NCBI RefSeq assembly: GCF_001194135.2
Contig: NC_068995.1
Location: 30,532,931-30,568,546, forward strand
DNA from: Octopus bimaculoides
Taxonomy: Eukaryota
Direction: 5' to 3'
DNA: 35,616 nucleotides
This document shows positions 11,113 through 22,539 of this stretch, one piece after another. A program made the position numbers and the translations under genes. Position 1 is the first letter of the stretch; each line of letters starts with the position of its first letter. The notes under the pieces were generated by a model. It did not search any database. It had not been told where the DNA came from and saw only the letters and a list, made by a program, of their open reading frames with translations.

Positions 11113-11689
11113 ATACGTTAAACATTTGTTTATATATGTGATGCGTTTATATTGCGGTGGCTTAAATGGACGTAGTGGGTGACCATTATGACTGTTTAGA
11201 CGTTAAATCAATCAAATGAGTAATGATGTGATGTGAAACCGGATGTTACTTTTTATAAACGGACACTTTATAAATATGGCGATTCGTTTATCCACTGATA
11301 TCTGCTGAAAATTTTCAGTAATTACATACGCCTAGCTACTTGGCAAAAATAGATCCCAGTTAATGTTTAGGATATAAAAATATGAAAAGAAAAGAAAAAT
11401 ATATTTATTATAACAAAGACTATATGTGGGTTTGTTTTACATGATGGTGCATGAGGTGTTTCCTGTTGGCAAATTCGAGATTTTGTTTTCTTTATCAGAT
11501 TACATGGTGCTTCCACTGGAACATGCTGAAACTTATCTTCAGTTTCTGCCCTGTTTCCTTTTAAAATGATATCAGACAAAACTCCTGACGTCTTTCCTAT
11601 ACCAGTTAATGATCAGCTGATGAATAATATTGATTTCTAATCTAGGCATAAGGTATCATAGTTGAGGAAAATGAATATAAGTCGATGTT

Positions 11690-11895
11690 AGTACTTGATT
11701 CATTCTTTATTTCATCGATCCGTTAAGGGTGAATGGCAAAACTTATCTCAGTGGAATTTGAATTGAGAAATGTTTTAACTTACTTTATAGCTCTGAACCG
11801 TCTGAATTCAAATCCTGCCGTAGCCAATTTTGCTTTTCATCTTTCCGAGTGCAGCTAAAATAAAACACCAGTCGAATATTGGGTGACATTGATTT
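11690..11895. mobile_element. Two decayed SINE fragments in head-to-head inverted orientation (~11690-11770 minus, ~11800-11895 plus)
   Basis: The minus fragment reads TCTCAATTCAAATTCCACTGAG...TTTTGCCATTCACCCTT..GGATCGATGAAATAAAG; the plus fragment reads TCTGAATTCAAATCCTGCCG...TTTTGCTTTTCATCTTTCCG...AAAATAAAACACCAGT. Both match the SINE B-box and core. Confidence 0.7.
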
Positions 11896-12782
11896 CTTAC
11901 TTCTACATAAGGAGTGCTGTAATTTATTCATCATTCTCACCCCAATTATAAACTCAGTGGTTTTTCTCATTAAATTTGATGAGATAAAATGCAACGTTGA
12001 CCATCACCCATCATGCAACCTCACTCAGTGGGATTAGAAGCATGAAGCTAAGCTAAAATTCTTAGAGATAACAAGGCTTTCATCCAAATATAGACTATTG
12101 TTTCATGCTTTTCGACGTCTAGATTTGGTAAATTTCTTCTACACTTTATTCTTTTAATGTTTGTAAAAAGTTATACAGGAAAGGCTGTAAATAATTTTAA
12201 CAGAATTTGAAGTATTACATATTCGCTTCATGCACAAAGGCCTTATATGTTAGAAGGGTTTATTAGATGAATAAATAATTTTGCTACTTTTATGTGTAAA
12301 ACTACACCCGTTATTTTACATTTAATTTAATTTAAGTAAAGTAAAAAGTAAATTTCATACGCTAGAAATATTACAAGTTATTTATGTTCTCAATTGAATC
12401 ATTTAGCTTAAGTTCACGTCACTTACATCTGTAGTTTGTAATTTCCAGGCATAGTTATTAGCCTGAAGACGAAAGATCTCCACCAGACTGTCAACGACAT
12501 ACACAAAGACTAAGAATTTCAAAGTAAAAACAAAAATCTATCGTCTCTTCTCCTCCAAATAAACCAACAAACTTATCGGTTATTCCACTCCAAAGTAAGT
12601 CTATACTTAAAAAGGAAGTCAAAATTTACGTATTCGGGCGATATTTTATTTGATGTGAAGAGTAAAATATATAGAAGTTAGTTTTTATATATTCGTATAG
12701 TGCCATTAAGTAAAAAAAAAATAATAACTATCTCAAATTACTTGTTTTTGAGTTCTAAAGACATGAATCACAGAGTCAACAG

Positions 12783-12918
12783 CATATATACATAGACATA
12801 TATATTTACACACACGCACGCACACGCAAATGCGCGCGCACACACATACAGACAAACAGGTAGACAGATAAATAGCCAGACAGGCAGACAGACAGGTAGA
12901 CAGGCAGACAGACAGAGA
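12783..12918. repeat. Low-complexity (TA)/(CA)/(GACA)n tract
   Basis: Directly visible. Confidence 0.9.
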
Positions 12919-13399
12919 CGCCAACTCCACCAACTTTGCTTAACGGAACTACACGTTTCTGCCACTGCAAACTCGTATCTTCGACCGTTTTCAAAGATTC
13001 CTTTGTCAAAAACGACTCTACTAACTTTTCCAAATCATTTGGCTCTCTCTCTTCACCCCAGAGTGGCCTTACTTACAGAAGTATCACTTCTGTAGATACA
13101 ACTCCAAACGCTTCCCGTTTTTCTCCACGAACTCCTGTCGATGCATATATACAAGATTATTCTTCTGATCCGCAATCGTCAAGAACCAAAACTTCTCAAA
13201 GCGGTTTAATAAAGAAGTCTCTGTGTTCGCTTGGTTACTTAGAACTATCAACTAAAACTCCCTTTCAAGCCATTTTTACCCATACTTTTTTTTAAAGCAG
13301 AATGGACATTTGAGATAATTTAGTACGACATAAATTGTGTGAGAAGACGGGAAGATCATAACTGGAATGCTTTTTATCATAAATCTATTCAATTAGGGT

Positions 13400-14800
13400 T
13401 GACCTGGGCTTCAGAACAAAATAAAACAATAACTTTTACAAAATCCGGAAAAGGTACCCGTAATGCTTCGAAAGTACTAGGGTGTTGAACCCACATCTGA
13501 CGAAGTTGCCATTTCATAAAGCAGATGACAAATTTTTGAAAGAGCAGGTGAAATGACCCGTGACTTGAAAAAAAAACCTAGACCTGTGTAGAGAGGGTAC
13601 ATGATATTCTGAACGCAAAGACGTTATAAGAAAAGTAGGATCAGGTAAAGGATCCTGGTTGGATGAAGCAAGAAATTGTTGGGGGTAAAAGGTCGACAAG
13701 GTTGTGGCCACGTCTAAAAGAAGAAAAATGTCTTCGGAAAAAATGCCTGGAGTATTGAAAGAGAAAGATTGAAAGAGAAGAAAGTTTTTCGGAATGGTGA
13801 AAGGGAGAAGTTGGTGGAATAGAAGGCCTCGCCATTAAACTGTTGGTAAAACACTGCCCAGAAAAGAATAATTGGGAATGAAGACAATGTTCTAGGCAGA
13901 AGAGATTATAGGAGAGGGATTCGAACGCAGAGCAACAGTGCATCAAGAATTTGAGGTTTGGGATTATGACAATAGAGGGACTTGACGTTCAGGTTTAAAA
14001 TAGCTAAGGAGAGAAGGAGGAGAAGGAGCTGAAAATGTGGTGGTTCGTGCCATCTGTGTGTGATAGCAAACCCAATATAGAGAACTGGGAATCATTAGAA
14101 GCTAGTCGTAAACAGTAACAAGGGTATGACAGACTGCGTTAACCGTATGAATGTCGAAGATGAAGTCATGGTGAAGCTATGTGACATACAAACAATGAGA
14201 TTGGTGGCGTCAGGCAAAAAGGGAGAGGAGATAAGCTGGCCTAGATCAGAAAGTTAAGTATGTGATAAATGGATGTACGTAGCAGGGTACGATGCAGGAC
14301 TGCTCAGTGTCGATCCGGATCCAAAAGTCATCCACCAACGGAGTGAAGAGTATAATATAATGACTATCTACCAAGGATCGAATGCTCAACTTTAGCGAAT
14401 TGGTAAGACAGCGGGTAGTAATAGATATACGTGAATGTGTGATGGATGCAGGCCCAATGGTGGTACTTGTTCAGTTAGAAGGTTGAAGGACCAACTTCAA
14501 TATGTGAGAAGTCAAACAAGTCAGTTGAACTAGTAAATATGAATGGCTACGAAACGAGAAATGGTAGGAGGTGAAGGTAGAAAACAGGAAGTTGAGACAA
14601 GAAAATATAGCGGTCCAATATAGAGAGCTGGGAATCAGTGGACGGTAGCACGGTTGAGTAGGCAGGAAAAGTTGATGAAATTGTAAGTTAATGGAGTAGG
14701 CAAAGTAATTGTTGGGATTGAATTGGAGATGGAAACTACGAGAGATAAGATGGGAGTGAAGGCAGAAGCTATATAGTAGTATACTGTTTCAGATCTGGGT
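13400..14800 (-). mobile_element. Decayed Penelope-like element (probably Neptune-type): RT N-half + linker toward GIY-YIG, internally deleted
   Basis: Minus-strand peptide remnants in the expected order: SLPSYL, D.SSLY (twice), HTDG, LEHCLHSQLFFSGQ.FYQQFNGEA (= ELVL.LNxFxFxGxxYQQxxGxAMG), SFRRGHNLVDLL...QPGSF, FQVTGHFTCSFKNL (= FxITxxFTCxSxN, the start of the GIY-YIG region). Heavily frameshifted. Confidence 0.65.
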
Positions 14801-15028
14801 GTACCAGTAATTATTGGATGTGATGACTGAATAGATTATACCTTTCTTGGAAAGTGTGTGGCATTAAGCAAAATCCTGTCAAAGTTACTTTTGCTTTAAA
14901 TTCTTCTAAGGTCAAAAAAATAAAGCATCAGGCATATACTGGGATCAATATAATCGACTACTCCTCGCCTCATAACCCTGGGGTTTGTGTCAATGTGAGA
15001 AATCATTATTATTATTAAGTAGCAGCAA

Positions 15029-15260
15029 GGCGGCGATCTGGCAGAATCGTTAGCACGCTGGGCAAAATGCTTAGCGGTATTTCGTCTGTCGCTACGTTCT
15101 GAGTTCAAATTCCGCCGAGGTCGACTTTGCTTTTCAACCTTTCGGGGTCGATAAATTAAGTACCAGTTATGCACTGGGTCGATGTAATCGACTTAACCCC
15201 TTTGTCTGTCCTTGTTTGTCCCCTCTATGTTTAGCCCCTTGTGGGCAATAAAGAAATAAG
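15029..15260 (+). mobile_element. Best-preserved full-length tRNA-derived SINE (Meta/MESC-like core)
   Basis: GGCGGCGATCTGGCAGAATCGTTAGC (A box) ... GTTCTGAGTTCAAATTCCGCC (B box) ... GACTTTGCTTTTCAACCTTTCGGGGTCGATAAATTAAGTACCAG ... distinct tail CCCTTTGTCTGTCCTTGTTTGTCCCC...GGGCAATAAAGAAATAAG. Confidence 0.9.
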
Positions 15261-15915
15261 AATCATTACTGCGCTGGGGAAAACGCTTAGCAGCATTTCT
15301 TCAGATTTCACGTTCTAAGTTCAAATGCCGCCGGGGTCGACTTTGCCTTTCATCCTTTCGAAGTCGATAAAATAAGAACCTATTGACCACTGGGGTGGTC
15401 GATATAATCGATTTATGCCCTACCCCGAAATTGCTGGCCTTGTGCCAAAATTTGAAACCATTATCAATTAGCAGTCAAATTCCGTGATTGTGAAATCGAC
15501 TATTCCACCAATTTAAAGTCAACTATCAACATGAGAAATTACTATATTTTTATCGAGTTCAAATCCTGCCGAGGCCATCTTCATCCTTTTATCCTTTGAG
15601 AGTTGATAAAATAAAGTACCAGTAAAGTACAGGGGTCGTGTAATTGACTTGCCTCCTCACTCTTAAATTGCTGACCTTGTGCCATCATCATCATTATCAT
15701 CATCATTTTCATCCTTAATATTGAGTGGTTCGGCAGAATTTGTTGAGCGTCTGAGAAAAGGGTCTGGAGATATTTAGTTTCGGCTGCTTATATTCTAAGT
15801 TCAAATCCTACCAAACTCAACTTTGTCTTTCATCAGCCAAGTACTAAAATCAGTAAGATTGATTGTACTGCTCTTTACAACTTGAGATTTTGCATCCATG
15901 TCATAAATCATTATT
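15260..15915 (+). mobile_element. Three further older SINE copies of the same family (~15260-15462, 15554-15690, 15722-15915)
   Basis: B box GTTCAAAT(G/C)C, core GACTTTGCCTTTCATCCTTTCG, tail AAATTGCTGGCCTTGTGCCAAAATTTGAAACC followed by (ATT/ATC)n. Confidence 0.85.
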
Positions 15916-16060
15916 ACTTAATCATTTATTAGATATTATTAAGAATCATTGTATTTTCAAAATGATACGATAAACTAGATATTTTCCATCTTGAAAAGAA
16001 ATATCTTCGTAAAGCAGGAAATATTTCCAAGGAACAATAGACATTATTCAGTAAACAACG

Positions 16061-16069
<9 letters not shown>

Positions 16070-16100
<31 letters not shown>

Positions 16101-16110
16101 NNNNNNNNNN

Positions 16111-16150
<40 letters not shown>
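16070..16150. repeat. (TA)n microsatellite with a 10-N gap
   Basis: Directly visible. Confidence 0.97.
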
Positions 16151-16152
<2 letters not shown>

Positions 16153-16204
16153 CAAGTTATAATAAACATCGTAAAACAACAGTGAAAATAGATGATGATA
16201 ATAA

Positions 16205-16520
16205 TTCTTTCTGACTTTGGTCAGCAAATTTAAAGGAAGGGGAAAGTCGGTTACTTCAACTTCAATGTTCCATTGGTACTTACCTTATCGACTCCAAAAG
16301 GATGAAAGGTAAAGTCGAGCTTGGCAGTATTTGAACTCAAAACGTAAAGAGCCGGAAGAAATGCCACTCAGCGTTTTGTCCGACGTGCTAACGATTCTGT
16401 TAGCTCGCCGCATTAATAATAACCCCTTTCTATAATAGGCACAAGCCCTGAAATTTGGGGGAAAGGGTATAGTCGATCCATCCCAATGCTCAACTGATGC
16501 TTATTTTATCGTCTCTGAAA
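16205..16520 (-). mobile_element. SINE full copy (~16205-16411) plus a 3' fragment (~16425-16520), minus strand
   Basis: The plus strand shows reverse-complemented modules: AAAGGATGAAAGGTAAAGTCGA...ATTTGAACTCA...GTGCTAACGATTCTGTTAGCTCGCCGC; second fragment GGCACAAGCCCTGAAATTTGGGGG...CTTATTTTATCG. Confidence 0.85.
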
Positions 16521-17056
16521 GATATCTTTAAAGCAAATCATTAGATTTGTTGCGTATATTTTAAAAAGTATTTTCTTTGTTTTAGAAAAATCAGGCTATA
16601 AATAGAAATAAATCATCAACATATCTTAAAGTGCAGTATCGGATTATTCCAGTTGCTTGAATAATTATCAGTGCTAAAACCACTGTCTCTGTCTCTACAA
16701 CCAGCAGTTTCGCTAATGGAAATCCTGACTATATAATTATTTATTTATTTTTCATTAAATTCACTTTTCTTTTTCTTACACATTGCTAAATAGGTTGTTG
16801 CTTTACTGTGTATTTTATATTTTTCTTTATTAAAACTTACAAAAATGCCAAAAGTGAAAATATTTGATTTAATCTAAAGTAAATATTGTAATAATTTTTT
16901 CCAGTTAATTCTTTTGGATGTTTTTCTGCGAATTGGAGTACAGAATGAAAACCTCAACTATTTAGTGTAGCAAATATTCACATTTTTTTTACTTATCACA
17001 TAACGAAAATGAACAGAAATTTTATTTAGAGAAAAGAAAATGTTCAATTTTCCATG

Positions 17057-17058
<2 letters not shown>

Positions 17059-17109
<51 letters not shown>

Positions 17110-17220
17110 NNNNNNNNNNNNNNNNNNNNNNNNNNNNNNNNNNNNNNNNNNNNNNNNNNNNNNNNNNNNNNNNNNNNNNNNNNNNNNNNNNNNNNNNNNN
17201 NNNNNNNNNNNNNNNNNNNN

Positions 17221-17266
<46 letters not shown>
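17059..17266. repeat. (TG)n microsatellite spanning the gap N 17110-17220
   Basis: Directly visible. Confidence 0.97.
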
Positions 17267-17268
<2 letters not shown>

Positions 17269-17879
17269 GATGTACATTCTTTCTCAATAGACGATCTAAT
17301 AGAACATGTGATCCTTGGCAAGGCTGAAGAAACGGGTATGGTCTAGATAGAACAGACGGTAGACAGGATGGTTGTAAAGTGCTCCAATAGGCACTGCAGC
17401 TCTTTTTTGTAAGCAACCAACAGAACTTAGGTCACTCTTTATTTTTATAACCCATGAACTCTTCATGGAGGTTTTTGAGGTTGACAGTTATGAGACGTAC
17501 CTAAGGACTATTGTGGGACGTGAAGAGTAATTACTCTTCCAGTGATACTCACAGTGAGAACAAAACCAAAAACATCCACACACCCAAATAAAAGTAACGA
17601 TGAAAAATTCAGTGGAAAAGCATTTTCTTTCTCCTAGACAAGTTCTAAACATGTACCACTTAGATGAAAGTGTAGCATTCTATAACAAAAACAGATACAT
17701 TTTTACAAGGTGTCACAAGGCGTGAAGGACAAGAAAACTGAACTCCTTCTCATTACCAACATGACAGGGTGCTCCTTTATATACTTCGGAGACCAGCTGA
17801 AGCTAGCTCCCGCTGATCCGTGAATTAGCGAGGGCTAACTTCATGAGAGATGTGAGAGAAGACATATGGCACAATATGT

Positions 17880-18780
17880 TGCTCTTAAAACTGAGAATAG
17901 AGCAAAGAGGTAAGCTCTGTTAAGACCTCACCTACCAGCCCATATACTAACTTCAAACTATTTAGGAGGAAGGAAGACCAAGTTTCATTAAAAGTTATCG
18001 ATGACAACATTTATGTCTAACTCGTGGCCACCTTCATAGAACAATATGGACAGATGGTCAGTGCTGACCATCCGTCCGTATCTTATGGTTGAAAGGGGTT
18101 TCTATGTACATATAAGCCCTCACAACGATTACGAAGTTGTGGCGAGAGAAAATGACTGATTGTTCAGAGTATAAATCCCAGTTGCTACCTATATATGATA
18201 TTAATGGGCATGTTAGGTTTCCTTGTGCAGAAGAGCTTGAAAAGCTCAAATAACAGAAACAGTAACAACTACAATCTACGGAGGCAGCCATTCTTAGAGT
18301 ATTAGTGAGTGAAGTTCTGAAATTATAGGAGATCGTCCCTTCCTTAGTCCCAGGATCTGACCAAGAAGCCGAGGCACTACATCTCAAGTCATAACCAGCT
18401 TTTAAGGAAGACATGGAAACCGTCTTTTAAGGAAGATATGGAAATTGAGCGTGGGTAGCAGGTTGTTGGCGATGGTGAGGAAGCAAGAATAGAGAAGAGA
18501 ACTCGTGGAAAGAAGAATACACACATTTTCCTCGCGAAACAAAAAGAAGGACTGATAGAATTAAAGGAATAACAATGCGTTAACTGAGGAAGAGATGGGT
18601 TCCGATTTTGTAGGGATCACAGGTAATAGGCTCCTAATAAAAATCACACGGCAGGTCTTTGTGTGAACGTTGCACAATTTTGTAAAGGATGTAAGAGATT
18701 ACGGGCACCTTCGGGTATAACGGGAGTAGCGGGAAATTAGTATAGTAGAGTGATTAGGCTCAACATAAGCCACCTACATA
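17880..18780 (+). mobile_element. Decayed LINE ORF1 (gag-like, L1/Tx1-type), possibly with the start of ORF2
   Basis: Remnant peptides ILTSNYLGGRKTK, LVATFIEQYGQMV and, with one 2-nt slip at ~18191, C-Y-L-(Y)-D-I-N-G-H-V-R-F-P-C (CX2CX4HX4C knuckle with one Cys lost). Downstream CVNV... (~18655-18670) weakly resembles an APE start. Confidence 0.4.
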
Positions 18781-18849
18781 GGTACAAGGACCCTTGTGTG
18801 GAAAGATTACCCGAAATGTTTTTCATGTTTTTTTTTAAATTAACTTATA

Positions 18850-19066
18850 TAGTTTCAAATATTGGCACAAGGCCAGCTGTTTGGTGGGGAAGGTCCCAAG
18901 TCAATTACATTGACCACCCCAGTGGTCAACTGATACTTACTTAATCAACCCCGAAAGGAATGAAAGTCAAAACCGATCCTGACGGAATTTGAACTCAGAA
19001 CGTAAGGACGTACAAAATTCCCTGCGTGCTAACGATTATACCAGTTAACAATTATACCAGCCGCCT
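18850..19066 (-). mobile_element. tRNA-derived SINE copy, minus strand
   Basis: TTTCAAATATTGGCACAAGGCCAGC...CCCCGAAAGGAATGAAAG...GGAATTTGAACTCAGAACG...GTGCTAACGATT...GCCGCC. Confidence 0.88.
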
Positions 19067-19504
19067 TCATATTGTTTCAAACATATTCATTCTGTACTTT
19101 TATTAAATTTTTAATACTTTCATTGCATAACGTCCTTACACATTGACTAGTTTTTTTTCTATAAATTTATCCAGATGTATATATTTTGTAATCCCCATAT
19201 TTTCATGTTATTTTAGAGTGTTTTGAAAGAGTCATTAAAAATATAACTGCTTGTAGTACTACTATTACGACTACGACACATTGCAGTAACTATTTTAAAA
19301 GCTAGAAAACTAACTAATACGATCAATATTCGAACCCGGAACGATGAGACAATCAAACACCGAAATATAACGTAGCAACAGCTTTTGATTCATTCCATTA
19401 GCCGAATTCTTGTCAAAAATATCAGCGTTTTAAAAATAACCATTTTGTCAATCAATGTATGTATATAGATAACATTTTATCGTTAACTTTAAGCCCAACC
19501 AACA

Positions 19505-20037
19505 TGCACACACAAACACACACACANNNNNNNNNNNNNNNNNNNNNNNNNNNNNNNNNNNNNNNNNNNNNNNNNNNNNNNNNNNNNNNNNNNNNNNNNN
19601 NNNNNNNNNNNNNNNNNNNNNNNNNNNNNNNNNNNNNNNNNNNNNNNNNNNNNNNNNNNNNNNNNNNNNNNNNNNNNNNNNNNNNNNNNNNNNNNNNNNN
19701 NNNNNNNNNNNNNNNNNNNNNNNNNNNNNNNNNNNNNNNNNNNNNNNNNNNNNNNNNNNNNNNNNNNNNNNNNNNNNNNNNNNNNNNNNNNNNNNNNNNN
19801 NNNNNNNNNNNNNNNNNNNNNNNNNNNNNNNNNNNNNNNNNNNNNNNNNNNNNNNNNNNNNNNNNNNNNNNNNNNNNNNNNNNNNNNNNNNNNNNNNNNN
19901 NNNNNNNNNNNNNNNNNNNNNNNNNNNNNNNNNNNNNNNNNNNNNNNNNNNNNNNNNNNNNNNNNNNNNNNNNNNNNNNNNNNNNNNNNNNNNNNNNNNN
20001 NNNNNNNNNNNNNNNNNNNNNNNNNNNNNNNNNNNNN

Positions 20038-20108
<71 letters not shown>
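19505..20108. other. Assembly gap (N 19527-20037) flanked by (CA)n and (TG)n
   Basis: N-run with adjacent dinucleotide repeats. Confidence 0.98.
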
Positions 20109-20109
<1 letters not shown>

Positions 20110-20311
20110 ATTCCAATGTTATAAAAATCCCAAAACTAATTGATATATCTCGTCATCCAAATATGGGAGGATAAGACAGATCTTCAGTGAAAACTTGTAC
20201 AACTGCTGACATGATTACACTCATATACGCTCTTACATATATGTATATGGCGTGTCCGCATGCATGTGTGTTTGTGTGTATGTGTTTGTGTTTATATGTA
20301 TGTATCGTTTA

Positions 20312-20728
20312 TCTTTTGTTTCATCTAAATTACAGCCATTCTGGGGCACCGCTTTTAAGAGTTTTAGTCGAAGAAATTGATTTCAGTTTTTATTTTTTAT
20401 AGAAACCTGGTCTTTTTTACCAAACCGCAAGATCACGAGGACGTAAACATACCAACACCGGCTTTCAGTCGGTGGGGGTGAGAACAAACGTAGACACACA
20501 CACACAAACACATACACATGTATATATATTACACACGCATACACACACACACACATGTATATATACACACATACACACACATAACAGACTTCTTTCAGTT
20601 TCCGTCTATCAGATCCACTTACAAGGATTTGGTCGGCCCGAGGCTAAAGAAGACGCTTTGCCCAAGATGCCACGCAGTGGGGCTGAACCCAGATCTATGT
20701 GGTTAGGAAGCAAACTTCTTACCAAACC
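20312..20728 (-). mobile_element. Near full-length CORE-type SINE with internal (CA/TA)n microsatellite (tRNA head + core + microsatellite + 3' module)
   Basis: The minus strand reads head TGGTAAGAAGTTTGCTTCCTAACCACATAG...GGGTTCAGCCCCACTGCGTGGCATCTTGGGCAAAG (CTTGGGCAAG is MIR/CORE-like), then ...GGAAACTGAAAGAAG, a microsatellite at ~20490-20582, then GTGTTGGTATGTTTACGTCC...CGGTGCCCCAGAATGGCTG...GAAACAAAAG. Confidence 0.8.
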
Positions 20729-20894
20729 TTTATCAATATATATATATGAATATTGATGGTCGTTGTGCGAGCGCGCGTGCATGTGCGTGTGTGTGTATGC
20801 GCACTCGCGTGTGTATTTGTGTATGTGTGTGTATATATGTGTGTGTGTTATATATGTTTAGAATAGCTTTAACAAAGTTGATCAATAACTTTAT

Positions 20895-21520
20895 CTCTGA
20901 GTTCTGAATCGTCTTTTGTCTTCAAGATTAACCCTGCCTGCGTTATCGAAGGGTGAGAATAATTGGTGAATAGTGTGGCGTACAGTTCGTGAATTAAAGT
21001 TTTTATAAGCCATTGGTGATGGTCAACATGGTAAACTTTCAAACATTATTTGTGACTTGTATTTCGTGCCTCTCTGTCACGCTGCCCAGTAGAGAATTCT
21101 CCATACAGCACAACCTCAAGTAGGCAACGATCCTTCATCTTGTCCAGCTCAGCTGATATTTAAACGGTCTCGATGTTCATCGCTTCCGCCTCATCGAAGA
21201 CTTCAATGACGGTAATAAAATTATTCCATGTTGAGAACGGTGCAGGACAGCGCTGATGAAGTCACTTGAAGTAGGTAGTAACAGTAGGTGATCCACAACC
21301 CAATCCGTACAAGGGGGTGGTCAGTGCAACGCCTCTCTAATTGCCTGTTTTTTTTTTATTTCACACAGATGTCTGCTGTCCCTGACTATTTTGTACTATC
21401 TGCCAAAAGCACTGTTTGTTTTTTGCCAGTCTGTTGTCAACCTCTTTAACGATCTTAGGCTCCAACGAAATTACGCATCCCAGCTACCAGAACTGATAGA
21501 CAATCTTCAGCTCATTGACT
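20895..21520 (-). mobile_element. RTE/BovB-like LINE fragment (RT C-terminal/thumb region)
   Basis: Minus-strand remnants F.*LGCVIS...KEVDNRLAK.NSAFGR, ALTTPLYG, FHQRC, VLYGEFSTGQRDR, IDHHQW, HTIHQ...NLEDKRR match the RTE C-terminus (FTYLGS..EV..RI.KA..AFGRL; LLYG; HQRCLR; LYGEL..G.R). Confidence 0.8.
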
Positions 21521-21526
21521 CTAACT

Positions 21527-21544
21527 TTCTCTCTTTCTCTCTCG

Positions 21545-21607
<63 letters not shown>

Positions 21608-21890
21608 NNNNNNNNNNNNNNNNNNNNNNNNNNNNNNNNNNNNNNNNNNNNNNNNNNNNNNNNNNNNNNNNNNNNNNNNNNNNNNNNNNNNNNNNNNNNN
21701 NNNNNNNNNNNNNNNNNNNNNNNNNNNNNNNNNNNNNNNNNNNNNNNNNNNNNNNNNNNNNNNNNNNNNNNNNNNNNNNNNNNNNNNNNNNNNNNNNNNN
21801 NNNNNNNNNNNNNNNNNNNNNNNNNNNNNNNNNNNNNNNNNNNNNNNNNNNNNNNNNNNNNNNNNNNNNNNNNNNNNNNNNNNNNNNNTA
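21527..21890. other. (CT)n microsatellite and assembly gap N 21608-21888
   Basis: Directly visible. Confidence 0.97.
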
Positions 21891-22539
21891 TATGAGTGGA
21901 GATTTATTCATATTCAAAAACTTGTTTATTTAAAAATTATCTACACCATATACATCTGACCTATACATATCTCGGCTGCTGCGACTTCACATTTTTTGTA
22001 TGCAATTTATGCATTCTAGTCGTTGCAATTTCATCAAGGCTCCATCTCATGATGTTTTCAAAGTGAACTGATTCAATCAAGCGTCCTGCGTTGGTATTCT
22101 GTTGAAGGTAATAGCATTACTATTTATATTCGATGAAATGCTGGTCTTATAATTACCTCTGCTGGTATTACAGCTGAAGCGTAGTTTTTAAAATGTTTAT
22201 TCAGGTTTCAATTAATTGATAAAGATGATATAAAAAGGGTGATAATTTCGTGAAGTGTAGTCTGCTATAAACTTCTGATTTTTTTCAGGTTGACTTCCAA
22301 TTCGCAAGCTCAGCAGTCTCTACAAAGTAAGAAGGTGTTTACTGTAAAGTTGATCCTACATGAGTAACAAGTATAAGACTTAATCTATTATTTTGTGAAA
22401 ATTTAAACGTCTCAATTTGAAGAGTTTGCACTGGTGCAGTATTAAATTCGGAGACCATCCTCTAGCTCAAGGCCTTCTGTAGCCTTTATGAACAGCATAT
22501 TGAAGATAAGGAGGAACCAAGAAAGGAATACCTCAAGAG

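Noticed and set aside
11367-11579. 70-aa minus-strand ORF as a host exon
   Set aside because: No recognisable domain and no convincing splice pair; length is expected by chance.
12936-13295. 119-aa plus-strand ORF (KDSFVKNDSTNF...)
   Set aside because: Only a vague resemblance to PLE RT (SxIKDTxxF), on the opposite strand to the adjacent element and with no diagnostic motif; cannot be assigned.
15029-15120. tRNA gene
   Set aside because: A and B boxes are separated by SINE-specific sequence and continue into the SINE core; no cloverleaf. The same applies to 30951-31020.
22289-22326. Possible 38 nt exon (TTTTTTCAG | ... | GTAAGA)
   Set aside because: Good splice-like signals, but no partner exons, and the stretch (FFQVDFQFAS) lies where the decayed FxDD region of the adjacent LINE copy 1 is expected. 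RNA-seq would settle it.
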